A stretch of 63,974 nucleotides of DNA, counting the filler, from Octopus bimaculoides (Eukaryota), in assembly GCF_001194135.2 (NCBI RefSeq). It is 5 parts of 5 records of this genome, joined end to end, with 100 filler letters (N's around TTAATTAATTAA, not from the genome) between each part and the next. Parts side by side here need not be neighbours in the genome. Positions count along the whole stretch, not along the records: positions 1 to 26,253 come from NC_068982.1; 4 more parts are not named here. One strand, written 5' to 3'. The notes under the pieces were generated by a model. It was not told the DNA's origin, made no database searches, and was given only the letters and a program-made list of their open reading frames with translations. A program made the position numbers and the translations under genes. Within the stretch, counting starts at the first letter, position 1. Every line of letters begins with the position of its first letter. Of this stretch, positions 1 to 12,383 are shown piece by piece.

Positions 1-254
1 CACACCGCAGCACGCTACACCATACCACACAACACATCACATCACAACACACCACCACGCACACACCAGCACTGACCAATTCCCATCCCCACATTTTCAC
101 ACCTTCACACCTACATACACACACGCATACGTTAAGATCCCCAGCATACTCTCACACACACGCACCTTCGTTTTGGGATCACTACTACTTTGTTATCTCC
201 CCTTCTTCCTAACTCTCCTGTGTGACCCTTCTGTCCGGCATTCGCCATGATAGA

Positions 255-433
255 TCACTAACCACTACACACATTTTTTTCTCTCCTTGTTTCTTTGCGT
301 GTTCTTTTCTGTAGAAGAGTGCAGGCTCGAAACGTTAAAGACTTTCTCAATTCCCGAGCGTTATACTAATACATCTATTTGTTTTCAACATCACCTGTCT
401 TCGTCTGTGGTTTTTTTTTTGTAGATTCTCCCG

Positions 434-436
<3 letters not shown>
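255..436 (+). mobile_element. Penelope-like-type repeat end (family H1, copy 1) containing a hammerhead-like motif
   Basis: Homologous by eye to 41440-41640 (+) and 11900-12075 (-); shared string tttctctccttgtttcttt...ctgtngaagag...gctcgaaacgttaaagacttt...ctaatacatc. Confidence 0.65.
305..340 (+). ncRNA. Minimal type I hammerhead-like motif with variant core (CUGUAGA)
   Basis: UUUU-CUGUAGA-A-GAGU(GCAG)GCUC-GAAAC-GUU-AAAG: stems I and II pair; stem III is the palindrome AACGUU. Confidence 0.55.
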
Positions 437-475
<39 letters not shown>

Positions 476-477
<2 letters not shown>

Positions 478-712
478 CCTGGCTCTCCACCGGTTACGAT
501 GGTGAGTGCTTCAGTTCGTACGATCAACCTACTCGTAATTCTCAGTGAGATTCAGTATGACACAGAGTGTAACGTGGATAACCCTGTAAATTACAGCTAA
601 ATGAACTGGAGCAACGAGAAACAGAGTGTCTTGTTGAAGGACGCAACGCGCCGCCGAGAATCGAACTCCCGATCCTACGGTCGTGAGCCGAATACCCTAA
701 CCATGCGCTTTC
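476..712 (-). mobile_element. tRNA-derived SINE with a CORE/Meta-like body
   Basis: The minus strand shows a tRNA-like head with B box GAGTTCGATTCT followed by GTTGCGTCCTTCAACAAGACACT. Confidence 0.65.
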
Positions 713-1120
713 ACAATACACACACAAAAGTGTGCGTGTGTGTAGTATTTACTGTGTGAACAGCTAGATGTACGGCTGCTATTGGGAATTTTAAGTTCCA
801 TGTAGAGTACCATCATCCAGTCTACGTCCAGTAAAGTAGTGCCGTTACTACTGTAATCTGCAGTATTATCCTTTACGAATAGAGGGAAAAGTACGATAAA
901 TACAAGATGAAGGTTATAGCATTTGTTCCCTACACACGTTTCGCTAATGTGGACATTTACATACTTTGAAGAGTGTTCATAGTGCAATTAGAAGTTGATC
1001 CTCTGCAGAAGGTGTTCATAGAGCAATTAGAGGTTCTTCAGGGGAACATTTGTTTACATTGTTTACACTCATCAAATGCTTATGAGCATATATATGTATG
1101 CATGTGTGTGTGCATGTATG

Positions 1121-1154
<34 letters not shown>

Positions 1155-1381
1155 GTGACTCTGCATCTCGTTCAACGACAGAATTGAAATCTAAAATCTA
1201 AACTGAAAACGGTGTCGAAGTATCAGCCCCCAAAGAAATCTTTTATTTTATCTGTCTTTGGTAATCAAAAAGGTTCGAACTTCAGTTATTCCAGCTCAGC
1301 ATCTTACTTGACTTGCATAATGGAATGAGAATCCAGAAGCAATTCACTGAGACATATGTGTTTGTATGTGTTTATGGGTGA

Positions 1382-1419
<38 letters not shown>

Positions 1420-1658
1420 TAGACGTATATGCATGCGTGTGTGCTTGTATATGCACATAGCCAAACCAACTCAAACACAAGCATGCACACACACTCATAA
1501 ATTAATATGTAAATAAAAGTGTGAATTATCAATTATCTCAGACAAATTCACACCAAATTAGAAATTGCTAGCAGTTAACATTTATTAATTAGAAATAAAC
1601 GATTTATTTTAAATAAATATTATTCATACAAATGTTATATAAATATGCGTATGCTTGT

Positions 1659-1716
<58 letters not shown>
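1659..1716. repeat. (AGT)n microsatellite
   Basis: Direct reading. Confidence 0.95.
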
Positions 1717-1717
<1 letters not shown>

Positions 1718-1812
1718 TGGTGTGGTTGCTGTCGTTGTTGCATTTTCTGGGTGGTATGTATTGTATACATTCGTATATGTTATTAGCTACGAGTGAATGC
1801 TTCAGTTTGTGC

Positions 1813-1864
<52 letters not shown>

Positions 1865-2324
1865 TTTGATGTATAGCTTATTATAGTTCGTAGGCCAAGG
1901 ATTATTCCAGTAACTAAGTTATAGATTAATTCTGCATTTGATCCCCTCTTTTCCTTTCCATTTTCATTACACGAAAAATGTTTCGAGCAAACACGTTTCT
2001 CGAGACACCATACATATCAAATGTGTCATCTCAATAAAAACTTAATACTTTGCAGATTAAATTCGTTCTTCACATTACCATATCATTCTTGAAACTACCA
2101 AAACTTTATCTACTTAATATATATAGTTCTATCCGAGACCCCATTTATTACATTTCTTCTTAAAAGGAATTTTAATTTATTGTTACTACATGTTGATTGT
2201 TCGATGGATATTCTACCAAGGAATGTCTTAGAAATTTCACTCGGTTTAATAGGAAACTATTTCAGCAGATGATTACAGGAAATAAACTCCATTTGTACAT
2301 TACTGTAACAGATGTAATTTATGG

Positions 2325-2830
2325 TTAGTTGGCAGAAATATTACAACGCTAGCGCCGGATTAAATGCCTTTCAGTATTTCGTTTCTTTCGTCTGAGAATA
2401 ACTTTTGCCGGCAACAATTTTGCTTGTTAATCTCCCCAATAAAATAAATACCAGCCGTATATTGGGGATCGATTCCACACCGATATGTTCTCCAAATTTA
2501 CAACTCTGTTCCAATTACTACTGTGATGGTTGTAAAGGGCTTCGGATTGACCTTGTATCATTTCGTTCGCCACTCCGTAAATTGAGTTGAAACTTTACTC
2601 GAGTCAGCTTGCCCTACCCCCTACATCGTTCTGGGTCGATAAAATATCTCCCAGTCAAGTACCGAAACCGTTATACTCGACAGTTTTACCCCTCCTTCTG
2701 CCTATGTTTAGCATTATCATAATAGCTATAAGGGCGATGTGTGGCAGAAACAGTAGAGGAACGGATTAAAATGCCTTGTAGTATTGACTTGCGTCCTTCA
2801 ACGTTCTGACATCTTGATGTCGATTATACC
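2325..2830 (+). mobile_element. Cluster of degenerate SINE-A copies
   Basis: Repeated ggcagaaa...aaatgcc(tt)...gtatt...ttctga heads and gggtcgataaa cores resembling 10119-10352. Confidence 0.5.
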
Positions 2831-3419
2831 TCTCTCCAAAATATAAGACCTTACACCTATTTTAGAAGTCAGGTATAAGCGAAAATTTAATTAGAAATTT
2901 GTCTATATTAGAGGATACATTAGTCTCTTTTTACACTGCCCATTGAAAGCTGAAAGATATTTTACCCTTACCACCACTGCTGCTGCAGAACGGTCGCAGA
3001 GAGCAGTATAGGGTGTAGATTAAGGCAATAAGTTATCGGTGAAATGAGATTGCGTTCTGGTTTCAATTCTACGTTAAAGACATTTCACTTTATGTATCCT
3101 ACTATTTAACCCAGTAAGTGAAAGAGTAGTCATAAGCGAATTGTAATAAACGATTTAGACTACCAATCCAATTTTTTTTTAAATGCTTAAAAATTCCCTT
3201 TCTAAAATCTTATTTTAGTTTCACAAAATTTGAAGGCTAGTGTAAGGTGCTCAAATATTAATTAGCGTGGCCATTTGCAGTCTTACTCTACATAAATCAT
3301 TAGCTTCGCGTACGGAGTTGTAATTCAAGTATAATTAGTTTTGATACGGTTTTATTTAATCTTCTAAAGTCTTGAAAGTGATGGAATTTAATTGGACGCA
3401 AAATTTTGATTTCAAAATA

Positions 3420-3955
3420 TGTCATCGTTGTCTTTCAACGCGGCGCCAAAGGAGAAATTTGTGCTAAGTGGAGGGAAAAGGATTTAAGAAATGCAGTACA
3501 TTTGATAATTGTAATTCAGTGAGTCTGAATGAATAAAAGCTGTTGTACTTACAGTATAAAAGACAAGTTGGAGTCCAAGAATTTATGATTGGATGTACGA
3601 AAGCAAGGAATGAAGCAATTATGGAAAATGTACAATAGTTCTACTTGAATTTCTGTGGTCACTTGTTTGTCTCATCATATATGTATATTATGTTTGTATA
3701 TGAGATTAGGAACGGTGTTTTGCAACGCACTTAGCTTACTGAACTCCAGTGTCACGGTTTTCATGACAGTTAATGGCTCTTCCTTCGACTTTGACGAATC
3801 CATTGTAGTTAAGAAGTTACCCACTTACTTAGCAGATGATTCTGTTTAATTAATGTGGATTTGATTGAGCACACTAGCTATCATGTTTAATGGCAAGACT
3901 GACCAATGCAATTGGGAATTTCTTCTTGAAGGTGAGAGCTGCAACGAATCGTATT
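3420..3955 (+). pseudogene. Possible decayed pogo/Tigger transposase fragment
   Basis: Frameshifted peptides such as KKLPTYLADD..LINVD..FLLEGESC loosely resemble the region around the first DDE aspartate; many stops. Confidence 0.33.
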
Positions 3956-4066
<111 letters not shown>

Positions 4067-4199
4067 CCTAATGGTAAACTAGATATCCAACGAAAAACTC
4101 GTTAACAATATATAATGTTCTGCTAAATGTTGACCTTTAGGCCAGAAATTTTTCCCCTTATTTACTTGATCAAAACAAGTTGTGGAAGTTATATATCAT

Positions 4200-6900
4200 A
4201 GTCAAGTTTTGTGTTCGTTCTCAGTACGAGTATGGGAGTTTTGTTGTTATTTTTTCATTAGCTAGGTCCGAAAGAAATGGCAATGCCTATGGCCGTCACA
4301 TGTTCCCCGAAACAGCTGCCAAATTGTAGCTATTTATGAGGAACAGTAACCATTGACATGGTTAATATTCCTCATAAATGGTTGCAGGTTGGCATCTGTA
4401 GTAAAAACATGGGTAGAGAAGGAATTCAAAAGGGTAAAGTTTGGGGATAATGGTTAAAGAGACAAGACATGATACGAATGAGTCACAAGTACCTGAGCTG
4501 GAGAATCAAAACCACTGTCAGCTCAGAGAAACACTGGCCGCTGTAGTTGCTGTAGAAAAGGGAGGGAATAAGAATCTGACTGTAGACAGAAATGTGTTAG
4601 TGAGCAACTGTAGATCAGTCAGTTGAGTAACCTTTATTTGAATGCAGTGTAAGGTGTCTGGTGTCTAGAAGATATCCTCAGGGACGGTGAAACTTAGCTT
4701 TTGTAGCGATTTTAAGGGTTTTATTTACGATTTTGTTCATGTTTGAGAGAGAACAATTATGCTATTATTTTCTTGATTTGTGCAATTATTTTATCTTTAA
4801 TCTGTTGAAGGAAACACAAGATTAGCATAATGACATAGGGTCAAAGCAGGTTTAGCGTGAGATGTTTAAGTTACATGTTGATACTTGGATGCAACAGAGT
4901 AAAGAGGAATGGAGGGCAGTATATCATCTGTATATACCAGTGGGCATTGTTGAAGACAATGGGAACTAGAGTGTTAGTGTATAAAAGGAAGAGTTTGAGA
5001 AATAAGCCTGAACCTTGAAGCACTCCAGATTCGATTGAATGTGGATCAGAAGGAGTGTAATCACGCCTTAGTAGTGCAATCAGTCAGGAAATCTGCGATC
5101 TATGCGAAAATAACCAGGCAATTTTGCTAAGAGCTCCGTGTGTTACACATAGTTGAATTTTTTCTGATGTTATATGCAACAATACTTTTTTTTCACCAAA
5201 TTCCTCCTAGGTGAAGGACAGCTACTAACTGAGATAGGTGATTAAATCTTCACTAGATCTGGTTCAACCAAAGCCATTCTGTTGGAGCTCAGAAGGGAAC
5301 AGGATTTAAAGTGCTGTAGATTGTATTTATTAATTACTGTCTGCATCACCCTTGAAATTTTGGAAGTGGATGCGATAATGCGATCGTTTGTAGGGTTAGA
5401 ATGGTTGCTATTCTTGAGAATAGAACATTGTGTTTCTATTCTCTCTTGAGAATAGAACATTCCCGAAGAGTAACAAATATCTCTGCAGGCAGAAAGAATT
5501 TGAACAGTTTGGCGAGAGTAAATGCTACCTCTGGAGCATATTGTTTCATGGTAAGGAAAGGAAGAATAACAAGACCGGTAGTATTATTGGTTTGAAGTGA
5601 CTGAAAGTGCTTTCACACTTAGCGCGCACGTGCACTTTGTGGAGAGCCTAATAGAGTAAAGAAGGGGAGTTTTGAAGGTGATTTACCACATATTTGTGCA
5701 ATGCGGATTTAAATACAAATCTGATAGCAAATATGGGAACTTTCTTGAAGAACTTACTCAACCATCTTGATGAGAGGTGGCGAATAAGAAAATTCCATAA
5801 ACAGAGTAGAATTATTTTGCAAGGGATCAAAATGATCGGCTTGAGTTTGAGAAGTGACATTCCTTATGGGCTGTTTGATGCATGTAAGTAACCTTCGTGT
5901 TTCTAATTATAGTCGTACAGAAATTGCGATGCTTGATTGATAAAAGCTTCCTGCTTTGATGACTTCATATAATTTTGGGTCCAGAAGGTTCGGTCTTCCG
6001 TGGTATGTGAAAGTGTGGTAGCATGTTGAGATAAAACAATAGCTAGGAAACTCGATAGTCATAGAAACAATGACGGTTTAGTAGAAGGTGGGTTTGGAGA
6101 TGCAAACGCATTCAAGTGTAATTAAAGTATTAGTGTGTTGATCTGGGATGCATGTAAGAAATTAAACATTGTGATACAAAGAGTTCAGAATTGCAAAAGA
6201 TACAGTTCCTACACTGGCGATATCGGTATGGATTGAGCATGGGAGCCACGATGAGTTAAAAGAATTGTGGTTCAAAGGGTTGGAGACATCAGAGAAGGGT
6301 AAATGTTCTCGATGCAGGGGAAAATATGGCCAAAGTATTGATGGTTGAATAAGTTCGGAGAACAAGAGCAAGGAAAGGAGACTTTGTACAGAGTAACTGA
6401 AGTATTTTTTGACGAAATCCATATGACGGTGCTGAGTAGCAGGGAGAGCAAAGTTTATATATCTACAGATAACACGTCTGAGTGAAGAAATTGGCTATTT
6501 ATAAGGATGAGAGTTTATTGACTCGAAGGGGAAAAGTATGTGTTGTTTACGTGTTAGTAGGTGATGAATGGATGTAGGCTGGATTGAGGCCCTCCAATAT
6601 TAGAACAGAATACAGAAATTTGCCCAGCGGGCTTACTGTCGAGTTTTAATTGCAATATTAATAGACGTCTAGTGAGTGATAGCGTATCGTGAGATCAGGA
6701 TGGCAGTAACCGACAGCCATAGTCTTTCCCTACTACTCCATGCCATCTTGAGCCTCTGTGAGTTAAACAAACAAAGGGAAGAACCACCAGAGAAGTTCAT
6801 TTTATAGTCTAGGCTCTCTCTAGCCAAAGAGATTTTTAATTCGCCACTAAAAGAGGACTACCGTACGAAATGGATTCACTATAGATACCAACACTTCCTT
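4200..6900 (-). mobile_element. Decayed CR1/Jockey-group LINE (APE endonuclease + reverse transcriptase)
   Basis: Minus-strand peptides: ILFSNIGG (APE start), FNPLNHNSFNSSWL, KNSNHSNPTNDRIIASTSKISRVMQTVINK (RT N-terminus), IVAYNIRK..VTHGALSK (LDISKAFDRVWH-like); many stops and frameshifts. Confidence 0.72.
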
Positions 6901-7074
6901 TATGTTACCTTCTACACTGCATGTTGGTTTGAATATCAACATGCGAAAACAAACACAGCCAACTTATATATCATTGACGTTAACACTAGGAACTGTTAAA
7001 GGCTCATGTAATTTTATCATTTGATATTGATATTTCAACTAAGAGACTTGACCATTTTTGTCCTGGTGATTCAG

Positions 7075-7225
7075 AAAGAAACAATGGGGAACAACGAAAT
7101 TGCAGGAATGCATAAATAATGTGGCTGCTGGTCAGTGTCATAGTGTTGCACGTTTTATGTTTGCTTCGTCGTTTGAATGTCTACGATCTGTCTGGCAAAT
7201 TATTTGGAGATCGATGGAGCGGAAG
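7075..7225 (+). CDS. Candidate isolated coding exon of an unidentified gene (KKQWGTTKLQECINNVAAGQCHSVARFMFASSFECLRSVWQIIWRSMERK)
   Basis: Stop-free 151-nt segment between an ttcag acceptor and an aag|gtctgt donor; family not recognised. Confidence 0.3.
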
Positions 7226-10118
7226 GTCTGTGTTTTATTTTAAAATGAGAGCAGGAAGTCATATTAGGAGATTAGTCCCTAGTGACAATGACAGCAGTAA
7301 GAAGTGTGTGCATGAAAGTGTGACAAAGTTGAGCAATTTTCAATTATACAAAATGGTTCCCGTACAACTATTGAAAAGGATATTTTAGCACCACTTATCA
7401 CAAATGATAGATACATCATCGTTTTTATCCTATTTCGTTCAATCTCTTTCAAGAAACCGTTTATATTCAAAGTTTCGATCTATTTTTTTCTCAAATGAGC
7501 TTGTAGACTCTCCTTTTTTCTCCGGTTTCGTGTACTTTCTTTAAATGCTTATATAGGTTGTCCTCTGTGTGTGTGTAATTGTGTGTGCGCGTGTGTATGT
7601 GTGCGTGTGTTTGTGTGTGTGAGTGTGTGTGTGTATGTGCTAGTGTGTGTACGCGCGCACGTGTGTGTGTCTGTCTATCGATCGATCGGCTAGACAGACA
7701 CACACACATACACAAACACACAAACAGACAGGCACACAGACAGATACATAAGCCATTAGAAGACTTCATGGCATGATCCTCCTTAAGAATCTTATTATTC
7801 GTAGCTTCTTTTGATGAGAGTCATCGTGTGTAGCTAAACTCTGGTACCAGTTTAGATTTTCATTTAGGACTATTTTACTACTTTTCACTTCCTTTACAAT
7901 ATTTTTTTAAAGAAATAAACGCAATTTTCTAACATCTCAAAAAAATTTAAGAAGACTTATTAACAAATTCTTATTCCTAGATGAAAATTTACAGAAAAGT
8001 ACAAAACTCAAATTTTTAGGTACTTCTTTCTTAGATAGCAAATAAAATATCAGCAGTCTGATTGTTGTCCACTCTAGCTTTTGCTCTCAAAAAACAAAAA
8101 ACCCATGGTAGAGACAAAGCTTTCTGTTTTCAAATATTTGAGAAATCGTGAATTTGAAGCCAATGCAATCTAGGAATTCATTACTTTTAGTCTTTCATAT
8201 ATAAATTTGCTGACATGAATTAAACAGAATAAACAAAATCTTTGAAATCAATATCTCCATTTCTTATACAAAAATATTTTCGTCTTATTTATGTTTCTAG
8301 TTTAAATAATATTTTTACTTTACTACAGCAGTAACTAAAGATAAAAGTATTCTAATAAAACTATTAGATTGCTTTTCTTTTTTAAAATAAAATTTCATTG
8401 GAAATTGGCCTTGTATTGTAACATGAAATGAAATAAAGAAGAAGATAGATTAAAAGATGAATAAACAAAAGAAATACGAAATAAAACTCGTCAGTTTGGA
8501 ATTGTTAATTCTAGTTTTGTGGGTGGTACCGCCTTCGTTGATGACAGAAAGTTTAACGGCAGAGAGAAAAACAAACGTGCCAAACTTGAATAAACAGTCT
8601 TGCAAGCTAGCTTGAATTTGAAAGTAATAAAAATAAAGAAAAATGTAGGGGAAAGGATCCTATGGAAAACATTTCATTCTTGTGTAAATACTTCTTCACT
8701 GGAAGGGGATTTTTTCCCCTTCTTCATATCGTTCAGTTTCTTTTATGAATAGAAACAACAAAACACAAACGAGAGAATAGAAATAGTAATGAAAGTAGCT
8801 TTTTTATTTTTTTACTTTTATAAATGTGAAATAAATAAAAGATAGCCAGAACGCCAATAACACAAACAAAATATACGAATTATAAGAAAAGATAACATAA
8901 TACATTGCTGACTGTTGTTTCTGGAACACAGATTTGGCTATATACAGTTGCATCATCTGTGAAACTGAAGTAAAAACATGTGTATATAAATTGCCTCATG
9001 TAGCTGAACCAAAATTCGCTAATAATGGAAACAGGTTTAGAAATTTAAAAAATATATATTCAAAGAAAGACTGCCAAACCATTCATTGTCTTATTATTAG
9101 TAGCTTGCCTGTTTACATAAGCATTTATCTTTCGGTCAGAAATATGGATGATATGATAATAGAATTATTAGCTCATTTAGCAATAGAATAGCACCTATTC
9201 TGTAGAGTTGCATCTGGCCAAGTCGTATAGAACTGAAGAATTGACTGAAGTGACGGCTTGAAATTTATCACCAATGCTTCACTGTGTCTAAGCCATTAAA
9301 AATTCTACTGATCTCGGCCTGCAAAAATTCCATTGTTTCCACTGATTACTAAAACATTGGTACAATTCTGAAAATTCCAGAGGAAGGTACAGACCATAAA
9401 AGTTAGTCCCAGTGAAACGCAACGTCAATTCTGACGACTGTATTCAGAAAATAAAGGGACGTAACTAAATATCGAAAAATATTGGACTTCAGTAAAAATC
9501 GATTCTGCTTCCACCACGCTTAGATTCTCATTAGTTTTTAATATTGTATTTTAAGTTTTCTTGTGAATTTAGTCTGTGAAAAAGTGTCCATACCATGGTC
9601 TTACTTAAATAATTCCATTACTGCATCGCCACTAAACTGGATAGAATATGAACGAACTGGACTAAAGTAGCTTACAATAAACTTCTCCGTTAACATAGCT
9701 CTGATTAGTAAACATAATACAACAAGATCGAGGCAATTAAATTTGTCAAGTACTTAACTTTTACTTTGAGTCATTTATACCACCTGTAACTACGATTAAT
9801 TAAGAAATCAATATGACTATTTGTTACCATAGAAATTCGACGTTTATTTTGAAGACAATATGACAGCTGCAAATTGAGAGAAAACCATGGAACAATAATT
9901 TTTATTGGAATTATACTTTTCTCTAAAGTGTTTGATGCTTGAGTGGTGTAAAGTCACATCAGTAGTACTGAAGAGGTAGGCTCTGAAAATCATATTATTT
10001 AACTTGGCAAGCATTCCCAGCTTGAACGTTATGTCTATTATTTTTAACTTTACGTTAACGAGTGAGCTCATCAAAGAACAACACACAATTGTCCTTGGGA
10101 CAACACTAATTTCCTTCT

Positions 10119-10352
10119 AAGGCGGCGAGCTGGCAGAAACGTTAGCATGCCGGGCGAAATGCTTAGCAGTATTTCGTCTGCCGTTACGTTCTGAGTTCAA
10201 ATTCCGCCGAGGTCGACTTTGCCTTTCATCCTTTCGGGGTCGATAAATTAAGTGCCAGTTACGCACTGGGGTCAATGTAATCGACCTAATCCCTTTGTCT
10301 GTCCTTGTTTGTTCCCTCTGTGTTTAGCCCCTTGTGGGCAACAAAGTAATAA
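10119..10352 (+). mobile_element. SINE-A, tRNA-derived SINE (young, CpG-rich copy)
   Basis: A-box-like GGCGAGCTGG, B box GAGTTCAAATTCC, and core GTCGACTTTGCCTTTCATCCTTTCGGGGTCGATAAA (resembles the Deu/Nin domain as recalled); many copies in the window. Confidence 0.85.
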
Positions 10353-11581
10353 GAAGCGTAAGCACGCCGGATGAAATGCGTAGCAGTATTNNNNNNNNNN
10401 NNNNNNNNNNNNNNNNNNNNNNNNNNNNNNNNNNNNNNNNNNNNNNNNNNNNNNNNNNNNNNNNNNNNNNNNNNNNNNNNNNNNNNNNNNNNNNNNNNNN
10501 NNNNNNNNNNNNNNNNNNNNNNNNNNNNNNNNNNNNNNNNNNNNNNNNNNNNNNNNNNNNNNNNNNNNNNNNNNNNNNNNNNNNNNNNNNNNNNNNNNNN
10601 NNNNNNNNNNNNNNNNNNNNNNNNNNNNNNNNNNNNNNNNNNNNNNNNNNNNNNNNNNNNNNNNNNNNNNNNNNNNNNNNNNNNNNNNNNNNNNNNNNNN
10701 NNNNNNNNNNNNNNNNNNNNNNNNNNNNNNNNNNNNNNNNNNNNNNNNNNNNNNNNNNNNNNNNNNNNNNNNNNNNNNNNNNNNNNNNNNNNNNNNNNNN
10801 NNNNNNNNNNNNNNNNNNNNNNNNNNNNNNNNNNNNNNNNNNNNNNNNNNNNNNNNNNNNNNNNNNNNNNNNNNNNNNNNNNNNNNNNNNNNNNNNNNNN
10901 NNNNNNNNNNNNNNNNNNNNNNNNNNNNNNNNNNNNNNNNNNNNNNNNNNNNNNNNNNNNNNNNNNNNNNNNNNNNNNNNNNNNNNNNNNNNNNNNNNNN
11001 NNNNNNNNNNNNNNNNNNNNNNNNNNNNNNNNNNNNNNNNNNNNNNNNNNNNNNNNNNNNNNNNNNNNNNNNNNNNNNNNNNNNNNNNNNNNNNNNNNNN
11101 NNNNNNNNNNNNNNNNNNNNNNNNNNNNNNNNNNNNNNNNNNNNNNNNNNNNNNNNNNNNNNNNNNNNNNNNNNNNNNNNNNNNNNNNNTTATATATATT
11201 TTTGGTACAATACTGTGCTGATGAACGAAATCTAGATTCATTCTAGTAATCGCGAAATCGGTCGATACACAGTTAAGTTTATTTAAAAGAAAGTAGGTAG
11301 GCTTCTGTTGGTTATTTTTCCTCGCATTAGGTACTAAATGTGGTTATTTTGAGAAGTCCACTGTGTGGCGTTGTTATTTTTCTGTAATAATGCCCTTTAT
11401 ATAAATATAAACGAATAATTATATTCTTGGGAATAGAAACTTCCCTTACGAATTTTTTTACACACTGGCTTCTTGATAAAATTCCTGTAAAAGAGTTTTA
11501 TCCCTTTTTGAATTTATGTATGTATATGTATGTATATGTATCTATCTATATAAACACACACACGCACACACACACACACAT

Positions 11582-11790
11582 GAGGGAGTGATGAAAAGTT
11601 CCTGGCTTTAGGTAAAAGAAAATACAGGAGGATCAGTTAATTATATTATTCAACGTGTTCCCCTCTCAAATTCACACACTTGTTGGGGAAGTTCTTCAGT
11701 TTTTCTAATCCCTGTAAAAGAACTCGGAAGAATGGGCCTCCAACCAGGCCTTTCATGACACCCTTAAAGCCAGGAACTTTTCAGCACTCT
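11582..11790. mobile_element. Mariner-type MITE
   Basis: Terminal inverted repeats gagtgatgaaaagttcctggcttta / taaagccaggaacttttcagcactc. Confidence 0.75.
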
Positions 11791-11802
11791 GTTGTATATA
11801 TG

Positions 11803-11828
11803 TGTGCGTGTGTTTGTGTGTGTGCGTG

Positions 11829-11896
<68 letters not shown>
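11803..11896. repeat. (GT)n microsatellite
   Basis: Direct reading. Confidence 0.95.
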
Positions 11897-11899
<3 letters not shown>

Positions 11900-12075
11900 C
11901 GAAACTGTACAAAACACAAAAACAAGACAAAGACAGGTATGAGAACAACAAACAAGATGTATTAGTTTCACGCTCTAGAAAATTGGAAGAGTCTTTGACG
12001 TTTCGAACCCACGCATTTGTACAGAAAAGAATAAAGAGACAAAACAGATGGAGACAGGAAAAATTAAACGGAGAG
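11900..12075 (-). mobile_element. Family H1, copy 2 (decayed hammerhead-like motif at 11993-12028)
   Basis: Minus strand CTTTT-CTGTACA-AATGCGTGGGTTC-GAAAC-GTC-AAAG followed by ctaatacatcttgtttgttg. Confidence 0.6.
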
Positions 12076-12203
12076 GAAGGTAGATGGAGACATGTGTTGC
12101 AAGAGGGACAACAGTGGCCTAGCTAAAGTGCGTATGCGCAAGCATGTGTGTATGTGAGGATAATGTATGTGCGTATATGTCTGTATAGGTGTGTGTGTGT
12201 GTA

Positions 12204-12235
<32 letters not shown>

Positions 12236-12339
12236 TGTCTGTGTGAGCAACTGTTTGACGATGTGTGTATGAGTTGAAACTTATGCACAACATGAAAGAC
12301 TATACGTTTAGTTGTGTGTGTGTGTGTGTNNNNNNNNNN

Positions 12340-12383
<44 letters not shown>

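Noticed and set aside
6690-6760. HDV-like or twister ribozyme in the LINE 5' region
   Set aside because: Only one 7-bp helix is visible; the GG/P1.1, CxA junction and twister consensus are absent
8900-10090. Possible hAT transposase remnant on the minus strand (WLRHSEAL)
   Set aside because: A single short motif amid many stops; insufficient support
11217-11232. CTGATGAACGAAA
   Set aside because: Only 2 nt between the core halves, so there is no stem II
10324-11246. Long ORFs in the track here and at 24817-25827, 26504-29413, 33866-34652 and 60682-61617
   Set aside because: They are runs of N translated as X, not coding sequence
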